Shown in pieces: positions 8,125 through 16,259 of a stretch of DNA of 30,209 nucleotides. The stretch comes from a virus (taxonomy: Duplodnaviria > Caudoviricetes). The stretch is from positions 1 through 30,209 of the IMG/VR virus record IMGVR_UViG_3300008255_000351; one strand, written 5' to 3'. Position 1 is the stretch's first letter, and every line of letters begins with the position of its first letter. Made by a program: the position numbers and the translations under genes. The notes beneath the pieces are model-generated. The model saw nothing but the letters and a program-made list of their open reading frames with translations. It was not told the DNA's origin and made no database searches.

Positions 8125-8456
8125 TAGAACAGGGCTCCTTCGGGAGTGGACTGGACGAGGCTCATGTACTTCTCCAAGGGCATCAGGACGTACGGGCCGT
8201 TGCCGGACGACCGCAGGTCGCCCTTCCAGAGCAGGACCCAGTTCTTCCCGGCCTTCGCTTCGCAGGTCCGAGCCCACTGGAGGAACAGGGGCTTGGCGGT
8301 GTTCTTCGCCTCGTGCAGCCACGGCACGCCGGTGAAGTCCCCGTAGTCGAGGGTGCCCCGCAGGGGAGCGCGGTCGACGCGCTCACCGAACAGGATCTTC
8401 AGGAACCCGAGGAAGTAGTTCTCACCCTGGGTGCCCTTCTGGCGCGCCTTACTCAT
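8124..8456 (-). CDS. Holliday junction resolvase (Hjc-like PD-(D/E)XK)
   Basis: KARQKGTQGE...DYGDF...HEAKN pattern. Confidence 0.85.
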   Translation of the reverse strand: MSKARQKGTQGENYFLGFLKILFGERVDRAPLRGTLDYGDFTGVPWLHEAKNTAKPLFLQWARTCEAKAGKNWVLLWKGDLRSSGNGPYVLMPLEKYMSLVQSTPEGALF

Positions 8457-8785
8457 GACGCCAAACCCGCATCGGCTAGGACTTTGCCGAGCAGCACCGT
8501 GGCGCCATCCCAGCGCCGGTGCTTGCGGATGACGCCGTGCGCCCGGATCTGGTCGTCGTCGAACGCCTCCATCCGAGCGATGTCGCGGAGCTGCAGGTCG
8601 GTCAGCGGCTCTTCGACGGGCTCGAAGAACCGGTCGTCGTACTCCACCGTGATCGCGTAGCCGTAGTCGGCGTACTGGACGCCGTCATCGAAGTAGGTCC
8701 CCTGGTTCCAGATCGCGATGTGCGCGATTGGTTGCCGACCCTCGCTGAACCCGTAGGGCCAGATCTCGATCGTGGTGTTCAACAT
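8453..8785 (-). CDS. hypothetical protein (near-leaderless mRNA)
   Basis: ATG about 9 nt after the -10 TAATAT; ATGA coupling downstream. Confidence 0.65.
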   Translation of the reverse strand: MLNTTIEIWPYGFSEGRQPIAHIAIWNQGTYFDDGVQYADYGYAITVEYDDRFFEPVEEPLTDLQLRDIARMEAFDDDQIRAHGVIRKHRRWDGATVLLGKVLADAGLAS

Positions 8786-8794
8786 GGTGCCCCC

Positions 8795-8818
8795 ATATTA
8801 CCACACCAGTCCCGGACT
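8795..8818 (-). promoter_or_regulatory. operator plus extended -10 promoter
   Basis: Minus strand AGTCCGGGACTGG-TGTGG-TAATAT. Confidence 0.8.
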
Positions 8819-8825
8819 CGGTCAC

Positions 8826-9752
8826 TCATGGCGAAGGCTCCCATCCGGCCGCAACGGCCTCTCTCACGTCGTTGTAGAGCTGCGGAACCCGCAGCTCCTT
8901 GGCTCGGTCGAACCCGACCTTGCGGGTGACCTTCTCCAGGGCCTGCTTGCCCGCTTTGTCGTTGTCGAAGCACAGCAGGATCTGGTGGTAGGGCTCCAGG
9001 TCCTGGAGCCAGTGGTCCTTCCAGGCGCCAGCGCCGGAAGGCAGGGCGAACACGTCGACTCCGAACTGGTTCATCTTCGGGGTCATGGCCCACGAGTCGG
9101 ACTCGCCCTCGACGATGACCGCCTGGGCGCCGAGGTGCAGGTGGCGCCAGCCGTACGGGTGGTACAGCCGGTGCGTGAACTGCGAGCCCGGGACCGATGA
9201 CTTCTTCCCGTCCGGGTGCCGGAGCTTGATCCCGTACACCACGTCGCCGAAAGCGTGCGGCTCGAAGTGCGGCACGTAGACCGTGCCGTCCGGGTCGCGG
9301 CGCAGCCCGTACCACTGGACGTTCAGGCCGAGCAGCTCGGTCACGGCCTCGTACGGCATGTCGTGCACCAGGTTCTCCAGGGAGCGGATCGGTTGCACCT
9401 CCACGTCGCCGGGCTCCTTCCCGCCCCGCAGGGCCAGCCTGCGGACGTAGGAGACCGCCTTCTTCAGGGGCCGGGGCTCCTCGCCCGTGGCGATGTCCTC
9501 CTCGGCGATCCAGTCGAAGATGTCGCCGTGCTTCCCGGACCCGTAGTCGTAGAAGTGGTCCTCGTACAGGTGGGTCGACGGGGTGCGCTCGGTCGGGTTC
9601 CAGGGCGGGCGGACCTTGTCCTTCTGGACGTCGTGACCGCACAGCTCGACCAGCTCGGTCATCGTGATCGTGGTCTTCAGCATGGTGGCCTTCTCGGCCA
9701 GGTCAAGGGCGTTCCAGTCGTCGTCGTCCTCGAAGTCGAACCGGTTACTCAT
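8826..9752 (-). CDS. DNA primase (TOPRIM) with a degenerate N-terminal zinc-binding-like domain
   Basis: VIVEGESD, LLCFDNDKAG, NDVRE; N-terminal ERTPS...YDYGSGKHGDIFDW. Confidence 0.9.
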   Translation of the reverse strand: MSNRFDFEDDDDWNALDLAEKATMLKTTITMTELVELCGHDVQKDKVRPPWNPTERTPSTHLYEDHFYDYGSGKHGDIFDWIAEEDIATGEEPRPLKKAVSYVRRLALRGGKEPGDVEVQPIRSLENLVHDMPYEAVTELLGLNVQWYGLRRDPDGTVYVPHFEPHAFGDVVYGIKLRHPDGKKSSVPGSQFTHRLYHPYGWRHLHLGAQAVIVEGESDSWAMTPKMNQFGVDVFALPSGAGAWKDHWLQDLEPYHQILLCFDNDKAGKQALEKVTRKVGFDRAKELRVPQLYNDVREAVAAGWEPSP

Positions 9753-9966
9753 CGGTGCTTACCTTCGGGTATGGACCGTTGAACTCGGCCCAGTGTTCGT
9801 CGCACGCGATGGTCTGTGAAGCAACGAGCTTCATCTGTGCGCCCGCGACGCTGAACGATCCGATCGGCTTGGCGTAGAAGCGTTCGGTGCCCTCGTTGGT
9901 GCAGGCGTAGCCGCCGTGGTGGCAGGGGTGTGACGTGGCGGTCTGGCGTCCACATCGGCAGGTCAC
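9745..9966 (-). CDS. small Cys/His-rich hypothetical protein
   Basis: AGGAAGG SD, GTG start; ends GPYPKVSTDE*. Confidence 0.55.
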   Translation of the reverse strand: MTCRCGRQTATSHPCHHGGYACTNEGTERFYAKPIGSFSVAGAQMKLVASQTIACDEHWAEFNGPYPKVSTDE

Positions 9967-9997
9967 GTCGCGGCCCTTCCTGTTCGGTATGCGCCGG

Positions 9998-10333
9998 TCA
10001 CTCGAACAGCCCTTTCGTGCGGTTCACCAGCTCGGCCTGGTACCTGACCCCGGTGTACGGGTCCACGACGTGAGAGATCACGCCGCCCGCGTCCGACATC
10101 CGCTCAACCAGGTACCTGGCCGCGGCGATCTCGCGCTCGGCGTCCTTGTCGCCGAGCGTCTTGGCGAACCCCTCGTCCAGGGACTCCAGGTCCTTCAGCA
10201 TCGACTCCCGGGCCTCCCGGAACGACCGGAAGTACTTCGGGTCTTTGTCGTAGCGCTTGACGACCATGTACGGGTACTGGTCGACCGGGTAGACCTTCAA
10301 GTCCTTCTGGGCCACGGGCCCCTTCCTTGGCAT
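9998..10333 (-). CDS. hypothetical protein
   Basis: GAGGAG SD; TGATG coupling; MPRKGPVAQKDLKVY... Confidence 0.65.
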   Translation of the reverse strand: MPRKGPVAQKDLKVYPVDQYPYMVVKRYDKDPKYFRSFREARESMLKDLESLDEGFAKTLGDKDAEREIAAARYLVERMSDAGGVISHVVDPYTGVRYQAELVNRTKGLFE

Positions 10334-11295
10334 CAGAAGGGCTCCTCGTCCTCGTCGTAGTACCGATCCATGACGGCCGGACCGGTCATAGTCTCCACTG
10401 CAGGGCCGGACAGCGTGCCCTGCTCCTCCCGGTACGAGCCCGGGTACGGCGCCACGGTGTCCCACTTCGAGATCCGCATCGTCGACGCGTCCAGCCGGTA
10501 CTTCTTGCCGGTCGGGTCCGCACCGCCAGAACGGTTCTTGAGGAGCTGGAACCAGATCTCCTCGCGCACCTGATTGAAGCGCTGCTCGGTGATCCCCTTC
10601 TCCAGGCGCGGCGCGTAGGCGCCGCACACGTAGTCCATCGGGGCGAACCCGCCGTAGCGGCCGGAGCCGAGGTCGAGCGGCTCGTGGCCGCCCTCCCCCT
10701 TGCCGACCTGGTGCAGTAGGACGACCGAGCAGTCGTGCGCCCGGGCCCAGTCGCGGGCCTTCTGGGAGGCCTTGTCGACCTGCTCGGACTTGCCCATGAG
10801 GCCGCCCCCGCCGATCAGCTCCAGGTAGTCGAACATCACCAGGCGGGGCGCGGTACCGATCTCCCTCGTGGCGTCCTCGAACGACTCCGAGGCCTGCTTC
10901 AGGGTGATGGCCGGGGTGTCGTCGCAGACGAACCCCCGGTACTTGTCCTGGACCGCCACCAGCTCCGGCACCGGGTCACCGTTCTTCAGGCGGTACTCCA
11001 GGTCCTTCGTGGTGGTCGGCAGCTCCATGGCCGCCAGGCGCGCCGCGACCATCCGCCAGTTCATCTCCAGCGAGAAGAACAGGGTGGGGATGTGCGGGTT
11101 ATTCCGGATGATGTTCAGCCCGACCGTGGTCTTACCGACCGAGGAGAACGCCATGATCATCGCGATCTCAGACCGGGCCAGACCGCCCCCGGTGGGGCGG
11201 TCGAACCAGTCCATGCCGAACCCGATCCGGGGGATCGGGTCCGTGGCCCAGTCCCGGTACGACTGGAAGCCCTGCGCCAGGTTCTGGACCGTCAC
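10333..11295 (-). CDS. DnaB-like (SF4) replicative helicase, RecA-like domain only
   Basis: AFSSVGKT (Walker A), FFSLEM (H1a), MFDYLEL (Walker B), LLHQV (H3), LLKNRSG (Arg finger). Confidence 0.9.
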   Translation of the reverse strand: MTVQNLAQGFQSYRDWATDPIPRIGFGMDWFDRPTGGGLARSEIAMIMAFSSVGKTTVGLNIIRNNPHIPTLFFSLEMNWRMVAARLAAMELPTTTKDLEYRLKNGDPVPELVAVQDKYRGFVCDDTPAITLKQASESFEDATREIGTAPRLVMFDYLELIGGGGLMGKSEQVDKASQKARDWARAHDCSVVLLHQVGKGEGGHEPLDLGSGRYGGFAPMDYVCGAYAPRLEKGITEQRFNQVREEIWFQLLKNRSGGADPTGKKYRLDASTMRISKWDTVAPYPGSYREEQGTLSGPAVETMTGPAVMDRYYDEDEEPF

Positions 11296-11531
11296 AGATG
11301 GTCCCTCCACCAGCGCCGGGCATCACCGGCGGCCACGACGGACACCACGGCACCAGCCGCGGCCCAGCCCCAGCGCTCGTCGCCGAAGAACGCGACCGTG
11401 ACCCAGACGAGCCAGAGGTACCAGAGCCCGAGCAGCACGAACGTGACGTTCGGGTGGTCGTAGAACCAGTCCTTGAGCGAGCGGCGAGCCCGCGGCTGGT
11501 TGTCAGGGTCGAACTCGTACAGGGCGCTCAC
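11292..11531 (-). CDS. small membrane protein (2 TM)
   Basis: Hydrophobic segments VTFVLLGLWYLWLVWVTVAFF and WGWAAAGAVVSVVAAG. Confidence 0.65.
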   Translation of the reverse strand: MSALYEFDPDNQPRARRSLKDWFYDHPNVTFVLLGLWYLWLVWVTVAFFGDERWGWAAAGAVVSVVAAGDARRWWRDHL

Positions 11532-11767
11532 AGGTAGTCCTCCCGGGTGAGGAAGGGCTTCCCGTCAGACGCGTAACCGAGCACGTCCCAGGAGTTCTCG
11601 GTGAGGGTCTCAGTCGAGTGCGGTCCGTCGAAGGTCCCGTCGCTGTCGAGTAGGTAGACGTTCTTGACCTCGATCGCGTAGCCATGGAACGGCCATGGGT
11701 CGAACTTGATGACCGGCCTGCTCCAGTCGATCGTCAGCTCGGGTGTTTTGGGCTGGAGCGCCCTCAT
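11528..11767 (-). CDS. hypothetical protein
   Basis: ATGA and GTGA coupling. Confidence 0.6.
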   Translation of the reverse strand: MRALQPKTPELTIDWSRPVIKFDPWPFHGYAIEVKNVYLLDSDGTFDGPHSTETLTENSWDVLGYASDGKPFLTREDYL

Positions 11768-11949
11768 CGGGCCACCATCGGGTTCTTGTTGGTGAAGCGC
11801 TGCTTGCGGTGGCGCCGGTTGAACTGGTCGATGACCTCGTTCGACAGGTGACCGCGGGTACCGACCTCGATGCCCTGGTTGCGGGCCCAGGTGCGGACGA
11901 CGTCCGCTCCGACCTCGGTCTTCTCGATGGCTGCTGTGTCGTTGCTTAT
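11764..11949 (-). CDS. lsr2: Lsr2 DNA-binding-domain-only protein with an apparent ATA start (not in the ORF track)
   Basis: GAAAGGA SD then ATA; (M)SNDTAAIEKTEVGADVVRTWARNQGIEVGTRGHLSNEVIDQFNRRH matches the Lsr2 C-terminal pattern VRxWAxxxGxxVxxRGR. Confidence 0.8.
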   Translation of the reverse strand: MSNDTAAIEKTEVGADVVRTWARNQGIEVGTRGHLSNEVIDQFNRRHRKQRFTNKNPMVAR

Positions 11950-11958
11950 GTGTTCCTT

Positions 11959-12108
11959 TCAGTCCCAGAACTCGTCGTCCCAGGGCACCTTGTCCGTGGA
12001 TGTGAGGGTCTCTTCAAGCGCGTGGATCATCGAAGAGACGAGGGCGACCCCGAGGGCCGCCAGGGTGGCGAGGGCCACTGCGGCCCCCGCCAAGGTCCGG
12101 GTGTTCAC
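11959..12108 (-). CDS. small single-TM protein
   Basis: VNTRTLAGAAVALATLAALGVALVSSMIHAL...; GTGA coupling. Confidence 0.55.
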   Translation of the reverse strand: MNTRTLAGAAVALATLAALGVALVSSMIHALEETLTSTDKVPWDDEFWD

Positions 12109-12698
12109 TGGACCGGGCCCATACCGCCCTGGAGGCGGTCGAAGACCCACTGCGGGGCCGGGCCGTACTTGCCGTTCAGCCAGAGCGCGGTCTCACCCTG
12201 CTTGGCCCGGAAGTCCGGGCTGTTCGGGGTGCGCTTCGACTGGCGGTTGTCGTAGAAGCCGTTCGGGTTGTTGAACAGCTCCATCCACTCCTGGTCGACC
12301 TTCGAGCCGCCCGTGCCGGGTGCGGCCTGGAAGCCCTGCGTCTGGGGCGCAGCAGCGGGCTGCTGCTGCGGACCGAAGTTGCCCTGCACCACGTTGGCCG
12401 GGACGAACCCGCCCTGCGATGCCTGACCCCCGTCGAACGGGCCCGGAGCGGGCGCCTGGGGCTGGAACTGCTGCTGAGGCACCGCCGTGGTGCCCGGGAA
12501 CGCCTGGCCGACGTTGGCCGCGGCCTGGATGGTGTTGGCGTTCTTGAAGAACCCCTCAGCGAGCGTGAAGTGGGTCTCCACGAGCTGCTCCAGGGTGAGC
12601 TTGCCGTCCGCCACGAGGCGCCATGCGCCCGAGAGGACCTCGGCGGCCTGGTTGGATGCGGCTCCGGTGCGGAGCCCGATCGAGTAGTCGTCTGACAT
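12105..12698 (-). CDS. putative ssDNA-binding protein with a C-terminal PDF motif
   Basis: WMELFNNPNGFYDNRQSKRTPNSPDFRAKQGETALWL...PQWV; Q/P/G-rich linker; AAGGAGG SD; lies next to a nuclease gene. Confidence 0.7.
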   Translation of the reverse strand: MSDDYSIGLRTGAASNQAAEVLSGAWRLVADGKLTLEQLVETHFTLAEGFFKNANTIQAAANVGQAFPGTTAVPQQQFQPQAPAPGPFDGGQASQGGFVPANVVQGNFGPQQQPAAAPQTQGFQAAPGTGGSKVDQEWMELFNNPNGFYDNRQSKRTPNSPDFRAKQGETALWLNGKYGPAPQWVFDRLQGGMGPVQ

Positions 12699-12752
12699 GG
12701 GCGTGGTGCCCTCCTTGGGCTGTGAGAGGATCCAGGAAGGATCCAGGACTGG

Positions 12753-13604
12753 CTATTGGACGTCGAGGACCTGCCCGTACGGGCAGACGTCCCAGTGGTC
12801 GCAGTAGTCCGGCGAGCACAGGTTGCTGGCCGGGTTGGCGGGCAGGTCGAGCCCGGCGGACCGCATGCCCTCGTAGAGGGTGACGACCTGCAGGGCCTTT
12901 GTACGGACCCCCTCGATATGTTCCGGGTTGACGGTGGTCTCCCGGCGCTCGAACACGCCCTTATGGGTCATGATGTCGAAAAAGAACCGGTAGCCCGGGG
13001 CGTCCGGGTAGAGCTGCGAGAGCGCGTCCACGTACCAGGGCGCCTGGTTCTGCTTCCGGGCGTGGTGCTTGTTGTAGGGCCACTTGTTCTTCCCGGCGGT
13101 CTTGTGGTCCTCGCCGACGATCTCCCCGTCCGGGCCCTGGATCACCAGGTCGATCGAGCCGTTCTGGGTGTGCCCGTTCCAGAGCGGGAGCGAGAACCCC
13201 TGCTCGGTGGCGAGCACCGTCCAGCCGTCCTCCTGCTTCCAGACCGCCTCAGGGTTGTTCCAGTACGACTCCAGCATCACGTCGAGGATCCGGGTCGCGG
13301 TCTCGAAGTCCGGGACCTCCTTCGTCCACTTGAACGTGCCGGGCCGCTTCGTGCGCTCCGACTCGTGCGAGGGCTCCATGGCGATCGTGCGCTCCAGGCA
13401 CTCGTACGCCTCGATCTTCGGCATGTGGACGTCCGGGAACACCCCGGACCGGATCAGCGCGTTGTACGCGAACTCCAGGGCGTAGTGGTAGGCGGTACCG
13501 ATCGCTCGGGTGATGCCCCCGTGGTACACCTGGGACTCGATGCTGTACTGCATCGCCCGGCCGCACTTGTCGAAGTCGCCGAGGGTCGACTGGCGGACCT
13601 TCAC
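12753..13604 (-). CDS. Cas4/RecB-like PD-(D/E)XK exonuclease
   Basis: GTAYH, GSIDLV, EDHKT, QAPWY; N-terminal Cys plus CSPDYCDHWDVC (Fe-S staple pattern). Confidence 0.88.
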   Translation of the reverse strand: MKVRQSTLGDFDKCGRAMQYSIESQVYHGGITRAIGTAYHYALEFAYNALIRSGVFPDVHMPKIEAYECLERTIAMEPSHESERTKRPGTFKWTKEVPDFETATRILDVMLESYWNNPEAVWKQEDGWTVLATEQGFSLPLWNGHTQNGSIDLVIQGPDGEIVGEDHKTAGKNKWPYNKHHARKQNQAPWYVDALSQLYPDAPGYRFFFDIMTHKGVFERRETTVNPEHIEGVRTKALQVVTLYEGMRSAGLDLPANPASNLCSPDYCDHWDVCPYGQVLDVQ

Positions 13605-13930
13605 AGGCGCACCGCGTTCTCTGCGTACGGGTCCTGCTTCAGGGCGTCCCGGCGGGGACGCAGCTCGTCCGAGGACGGGGCCACCAGGGCGATGTCAGCA
13701 GGGCACGCACCGTTCTTGGCGAGCGTCCGCCGGATCCGGGCGAGGTCGTAACCGTCAGCCTGGGCCTGGTCCTGGATGATCCCGGAGAACGGGACCCCCG
13801 GGAACCGTTCCTCCACCTCGTTCATGATCCCCAGCAGGTGCTCCATCACCCCGAGGGTGCTCGGGTCACCGGCTCTGTCCGCCTTCTCCACCGCTCGCTT
13901 CACGAGCGGGTGGTCAATCCATTCCTTCAC
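13601..13930 (-). CDS. hypothetical protein, first gene of the replication operon
   Basis: GAGAGGA SD, GTG start; GTGA coupling to the nuclease gene. Confidence 0.7.
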   Translation of the reverse strand: MKEWIDHPLVKRAVEKADRAGDPSTLGVMEHLLGIMNEVEERFPGVPFSGIIQDQAQADGYDLARIRRTLAKNGACPADIALVAPSSDELRPRRDALKQDPYAENAVRL

Positions 13931-13968
13931 TGCTGTCTGTCCTCTCTGTCATTCCAGCAACTGATCAC

Positions 13969-13992
13969 AGATTAGCACACCAGTCCCGGACT
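13969..13992 (-). promoter_or_regulatory. operator plus extended -10 promoter of the replication operon
   Basis: Minus strand AGTCCGGGACTGG-TGTGC-TAATCT. Confidence 0.8.
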
Positions 13993-14028
13993 TTCGTGAA
14001 CCCCACTGTACTCGGGGGGTGTCACACG

Positions 14029-14202
14029 ATGAATCGATGCGACCACGACGACGGCAAGCGCACCCTGTTCTGCGGGCTCTGCGGCAAGGAGCGCGAGCCC
14101 GGATCCCTGCGGCGCGTACGCCTGCAGGGGTTCACGGGACCGGCCTCCCTGAACCCGAACATCGAGCGGTTCTGGGAGACCGGCGACGTCGAGCACCTGT
14201 GA
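14029..14202 (+). CDS. small zinc-binding hypothetical protein
   Basis: MNRCDHDDGKRTLFCGLCGKERE...; GGGGGTG SD. Confidence 0.55.
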   Translation: MNRCDHDDGKRTLFCGLCGKEREPGSLRRVRLQGFTGPASLNPNIERFWETGDVEHL

Positions 14203-14213
14203 CGGGTGATAAG

Positions 14214-14242
14214 TTGACGCCTCCTTGACAGTCCGGTACTGT
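14214..14242 (+). promoter_or_regulatory. sigma-A-type promoter overlapped by an operator; leaderless mRNA of the HTH regulator
   Basis: TTGACG-N17-TACTGT-N6-ATG14249; operator variant ACAGTCCGGTACTGT at 14228-14242. Confidence 0.75.
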
Positions 14243-14248
14243 TCAGGT

Positions 14249-14572
14249 ATGGCACGACGACCCTCCATTACCCAGGACCGCCTGGACCGACTCCGGGAGG
14301 ACTACGAGGCGTGGAACCCGTACGACCCGGACGGCCCGACCGCGAACGAGATCGCGGCCCGTCACGGCGTGTCGAAGAACACGATGTACACCTGGCGGTC
14401 CCGAGGCTGGCGCCTCGACGGGCACGACGGTGAGGGCCAGCAGGGCTGGAAGGGCCGCGCGGGACAAGCGTCACACGACGATGTGTCCGAAGTCATTTCG
14501 TACCTGACCGACGAACTCGTAAAGTCTCGTATCCGGGTTGCCGAACTAGAGAGGGAGCTTCGAGGGGAGTAG
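14249..14572 (+). CDS. HTH transcriptional regulator (candidate repressor) with a C-terminal coiled coil
   Basis: TANEIAARHGVSKNTMYTWRSRG HTH; ELVKSRIRVAELERELR. Confidence 0.8.
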   Translation: MARRPSITQDRLDRLREDYEAWNPYDPDGPTANEIAARHGVSKNTMYTWRSRGWRLDGHDGEGQQGWKGRAGQASHDDVSEVISYLTDELVKSRIRVAELERELRGE

Positions 14573-14577
14573 CAGCG

Positions 14578-14904
14578 GTGAACAGACAGTGCGGTGACAA
14601 GGCGGAAACGGTGCGGCACATGGTGCTCCTGATTGAGCGCCACATGCTGCAGGCACAGCAACAGATCCGGGACTCGCGACGAACGCTGGAGATGATCCGG
14701 GACATCATCGGGTACCACGAGCCGTCCGTCGTCATCGATCGGATGGAGATCGGCGAGCGGGTGACCGGCGACGTGGTCGCTCACTGCCGGGAGTTCCTAC
14801 ACCACCAGATCATCGGGCTACGTGACCCGCTGGAGGTCCTGATCGAGCTGAGGGGACCCAGGAACGCAAACGAGCCCCCAGTCTACCCGGTGGCGGGAGA
14901 CTGA
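14578..14904 (+). CDS. hypothetical protein
   Basis: ORF directly after the HTH gene; GGGGAG SD. Confidence 0.55.
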   Translation: MNRQCGDKAETVRHMVLLIERHMLQAQQQIRDSRRTLEMIRDIIGYHEPSVVIDRMEIGERVTGDVVAHCREFLHHQIIGLRDPLEVLIELRGPRNANEPPVYPVAGD

Positions 14905-14911
14905 GGGCTCG
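14863..14911 (-). terminator. intrinsic terminator at the end of the early array
   Basis: Long GC hairpin CGAGCCC-CAGTCT...AGACTG-GGGCTCG followed by TTTGCGTT on the minus strand, at the convergence point. Confidence 0.6.
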
Positions 14912-14926
14912 AAGGCGGGGGTCGGA

Positions 14927-15079
14927 CTAGGGCTTCCTCTCTGGCTTCAGCTCGACCACCTGACCGGCGGTCTTGCAGTAGTGTTCGACGACGGCGCCGG
15001 GCGCCTGGTACATGGTGTCCTGGCATTTCGGACACCGGTACAGGGCGGTGCAGATCCCTGCCGGGCGTGAGATCCTCAC
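14927..15079 (-). CDS. small zinc-ribbon protein (not in the ORF track)
   Basis: VRISRPAGICTALYRCPKCQDTMYQAPGAVVEHYCKTAG...; GTGA coupling. Confidence 0.5.
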   Translation of the reverse strand: MRISRPAGICTALYRCPKCQDTMYQAPGAVVEHYCKTAGQVVELKPERKP

Positions 15080-15300
15080 ACCAGCACCTCGTCGAGGTAC
15101 ACCTCCCGGGTGACCTTCTCGCCGATCCCCGTGGGGAGGTCAGCGGTGATGGTCACCCAGTCATCGGTGCGCCGGTCGACAGTGATGTTCTGCAGCTCGA
15201 CCGGGGCGTAGTCGGCGATCAGCTCGCCGATGGCCGCCCTGACTTGCGGCGGGTGGGGCTCTGCGGTGACGGGCACCGCGGTGTGGAAGGACCGTCTCAT
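15076..15300 (-). CDS. hypothetical protein
   Basis: ATGA coupling; MRRSFHTAVPV... Confidence 0.6.
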   Translation of the reverse strand: MRRSFHTAVPVTAEPHPPQVRAAIGELIADYAPVELQNITVDRRTDDWVTITADLPTGIGEKVTREVYLDEVLV

Positions 15301-15521
15301 GACAGCACCCCCACGGGCGCGTGCTTCGAGCAGAACGCCTCCCCCGTGAACTCGCCCATGAAGACCCGGACGGTCGCGGGGGTGTCGTCGCACCACGGGC
15401 TGCAGCAGACGAAGTCGCGAGCCTCATTGCCGTTCGGTGTGGTTGGGAACCACTCCCGCTCGATGCCGTGCAGCTCGTCGGTCTCGTCACGACGAACGTC
15501 GTCGTCTGTGTCGAATGACAT
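15297..15521 (-). CDS. early-array hypothetical protein (Cys/His motif)
   Basis: GAGAGGAG SD; CCSPWC...FCSKH. Confidence 0.7.
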   Translation of the reverse strand: MSFDTDDDVRRDETDELHGIEREWFPTTPNGNEARDFVCCSPWCDDTPATVRVFMGEFTGEAFCSKHAPVGVLS

Positions 15522-15527
15522 TCTTGT

Positions 15528-15595
15528 ACTCCTCTCGGTTCAGCCCGGCGGTGTTGCCGGGCAGTGGGCCCCGAGCCCGTGAGGGCCCGAGGTCC
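15528..15595 (-). repeat. structured leader, copy A
   Basis: ggacctcgggcc-ctcacg-ggctcggggccc ACT gcccggc-aacacc-gccgggc tgaac CGAGAGGAGT. Confidence 0.85.
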
Positions 15596-15598
15596 CGG

Positions 15599-15877
15599 TC
15601 ATGACGTGGCGAGCGCGTCCTTGGCGAGCGCCTTGATCGCATCGAGCGGCCCACCGAGGTGGGACTCCTGCGTCCCTCCCCGGGACTCGTACTCGGACGC
15701 CGAGATGAGGGCGATCAGGTACTCGACCTCTTCGGAGTAGCCGTCCTCGGCAAGGACCCGCTTGTCCTCGTCGTAGATCTCGTCGTACATGGCGACGATG
15801 ATCGGGTCGACCTTCAGCGCCTCGGTGTAGGCGTCGCACTGCTCGGTCGTGTACTGGGGGATGTCGGCAATGGTCAT
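15599..15877 (-). CDS. early-array protein, paralog of 17044-17301
   Basis: MTIADIP...DPII...YESRGGTQESHLGGPLDAIKALAK. Confidence 0.75.
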   Translation of the reverse strand: MTIADIPQYTTEQCDAYTEALKVDPIIVAMYDEIYDEDKRVLAEDGYSEEVEYLIALISASEYESRGGTQESHLGGPLDAIKALAKDALATS

Positions 15878-15884
15878 GGTTGGT

Positions 15885-15955
15885 TCCTCTCTGTGAGACC
15901 TGGCGCTGTTGCCAGGAGTGGACTGGTCACACGTTAGCATGACCAGTCCGGGACT
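15885..15955 (-). repeat. structured leader, copy B, with an embedded operator and extended -10 promoter
   Basis: ggactggtcatg-ctaacg-tgtgaccagtcc ACT cctggc-aacagc-gccagg...GAGAGGA; contains AGTCCCGGACTGG and TGcTAACGT. Confidence 0.85.
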
Positions 15956-16254
15956 CAGTCGAGCACGCCGATGGCGACGAGGTTGAGGCGCTCGCGCTCG
16001 TCGAGGTCGCGCTCGTCGAAGTTGCCCAGGCCGTGGGCTTCGAGCGCCTCCCTGAGGCCTTGCCAGAGGGCGGACGTGGACAGGTTCCGGAGGTGGATCT
16101 TCTGCTCGTGATCGAGCCGGGTGTCCAGAAGCTGGTCGAGGTGACTGTGGCCGATACTCCCGGCGATCACCAGGACCGCCAGGGCCTCCTCGGGCGCCAG
16201 TTCGATCGTGATCGACTGGAGCACCGGCTTGGTGCTGTTGGCTGTGATGTTCAT
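15955..16254 (-). CDS. early-array hypothetical protein
   Basis: GAGAGGAG SD; MNITANSTKPVLQSITIEL... Confidence 0.75.
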   Translation of the reverse strand: MNITANSTKPVLQSITIELAPEEALAVLVIAGSIGHSHLDQLLDTRLDHEQKIHLRNLSTSALWQGLREALEAHGLGNFDERDLDERERLNLVAIGVLD

Positions 16255-16259
16255 TCTGT

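Noticed and set aside
12728-12752. Direct repeat GGATCCAGGA x2 as a separate element
   Set aside because: Short, and largely explained by an operator-like half site; no -10 box nearby.
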